From the IMG/VR virus record IMGVR_UViG_638341087_000009, positions 1 to 11,597 of that record: 11,597 bases of DNA. One strand, given 5' to 3'. The notes under the pieces were generated by a model. It was not told the origin of the DNA. It worked only from the letters and a program-made list of their open reading frames with translations, and did no database searches. Both the position numbers and the translations under genes were made by a program. Below, piece by piece: positions 11,576 to 11,597 of the stretch; position 1 is the first letter of the stretch, and the number at the start of each line of letters is the position of its first letter. The DNA is from a virus (taxonomy: Duplodnaviria; Heunggongvirae; Uroviricota; Caudoviricetes).

Positions 11576-11597
11576 GTGGTGAATGGGCGGCTGGTGG

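Noticed and set aside
1-11597. CRISPR arrays, tRNA or rRNA genes, IS elements, integrase or attachment sites
   Set aside because: No spacer-interleaved direct repeats, no cloverleaf-like conserved tRNA features and no transposase-like ORF or terminal inverted repeats were seen. The window begins and ends inside phage DNA.

Overview
This window reads as the early and regulatory region of a mosaic lambdoid prophage of Enterobacteriaceae (E. coli-like); both ends are cut inside phage DNA, so no attachment sites or integrase are visible. All family assignments come from reading the translated ORFs and DNA motifs by eye; no database search was run. Left to right: (1) an AT-rich '+'-strand single-gene insert (479..754) with its own SD and terminator, facing a leftward early operon of four small proteins (1695 down to 732) driven by a pL-like promoter (TTGACT-N18-TATGAT) that carries two operator palindromes; (2) a ParE-family toxin and small antitoxin pair with a 1-nt stop/start overlap (TAATG) and its own terminator, sitting directly downstream of the repressor gene, which is the position rexAB holds in lambda; (3) a Rac-type immunity switch: RacR-like repressor (-), divergent YdaS (Cro-like HTH) and YdaT, with the same ACACA-N5-TGTGT operator in the intergenic region; (4) a lambda O/P-type replication module in which the initiator gene contains two clusters of 10-11 bp-spaced GTCACG iterons plus an AT-rich patch (candidate origin), and a P-like gene that overlaps the initiator out of frame by 209 nt; (5) a nin-like region of hypothetical genes, including an AT-rich trio of small genes and a DUF551 protein; (6) two unannotated tiny hydrophobic ORFs, a 22-bp perfect palindrome, and a complete hok/mok type I toxin locus with a candidate Sok-like antisense RNA and terminator; (7) Rem-like, YdfU-like (DUF968), RusA resolvase and a Q-like antiterminator, followed by a terminator-bounded short transcript region and a small late-region gene. 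No tRNA, rRNA, CRISPR array or IS element was recognised. The candidates I would rank highest for new biology are the toxin-antitoxin pair in the rex position, the tiny membrane peptides and palindrome beside hok, and the AT-rich single-gene insert at 479..754.
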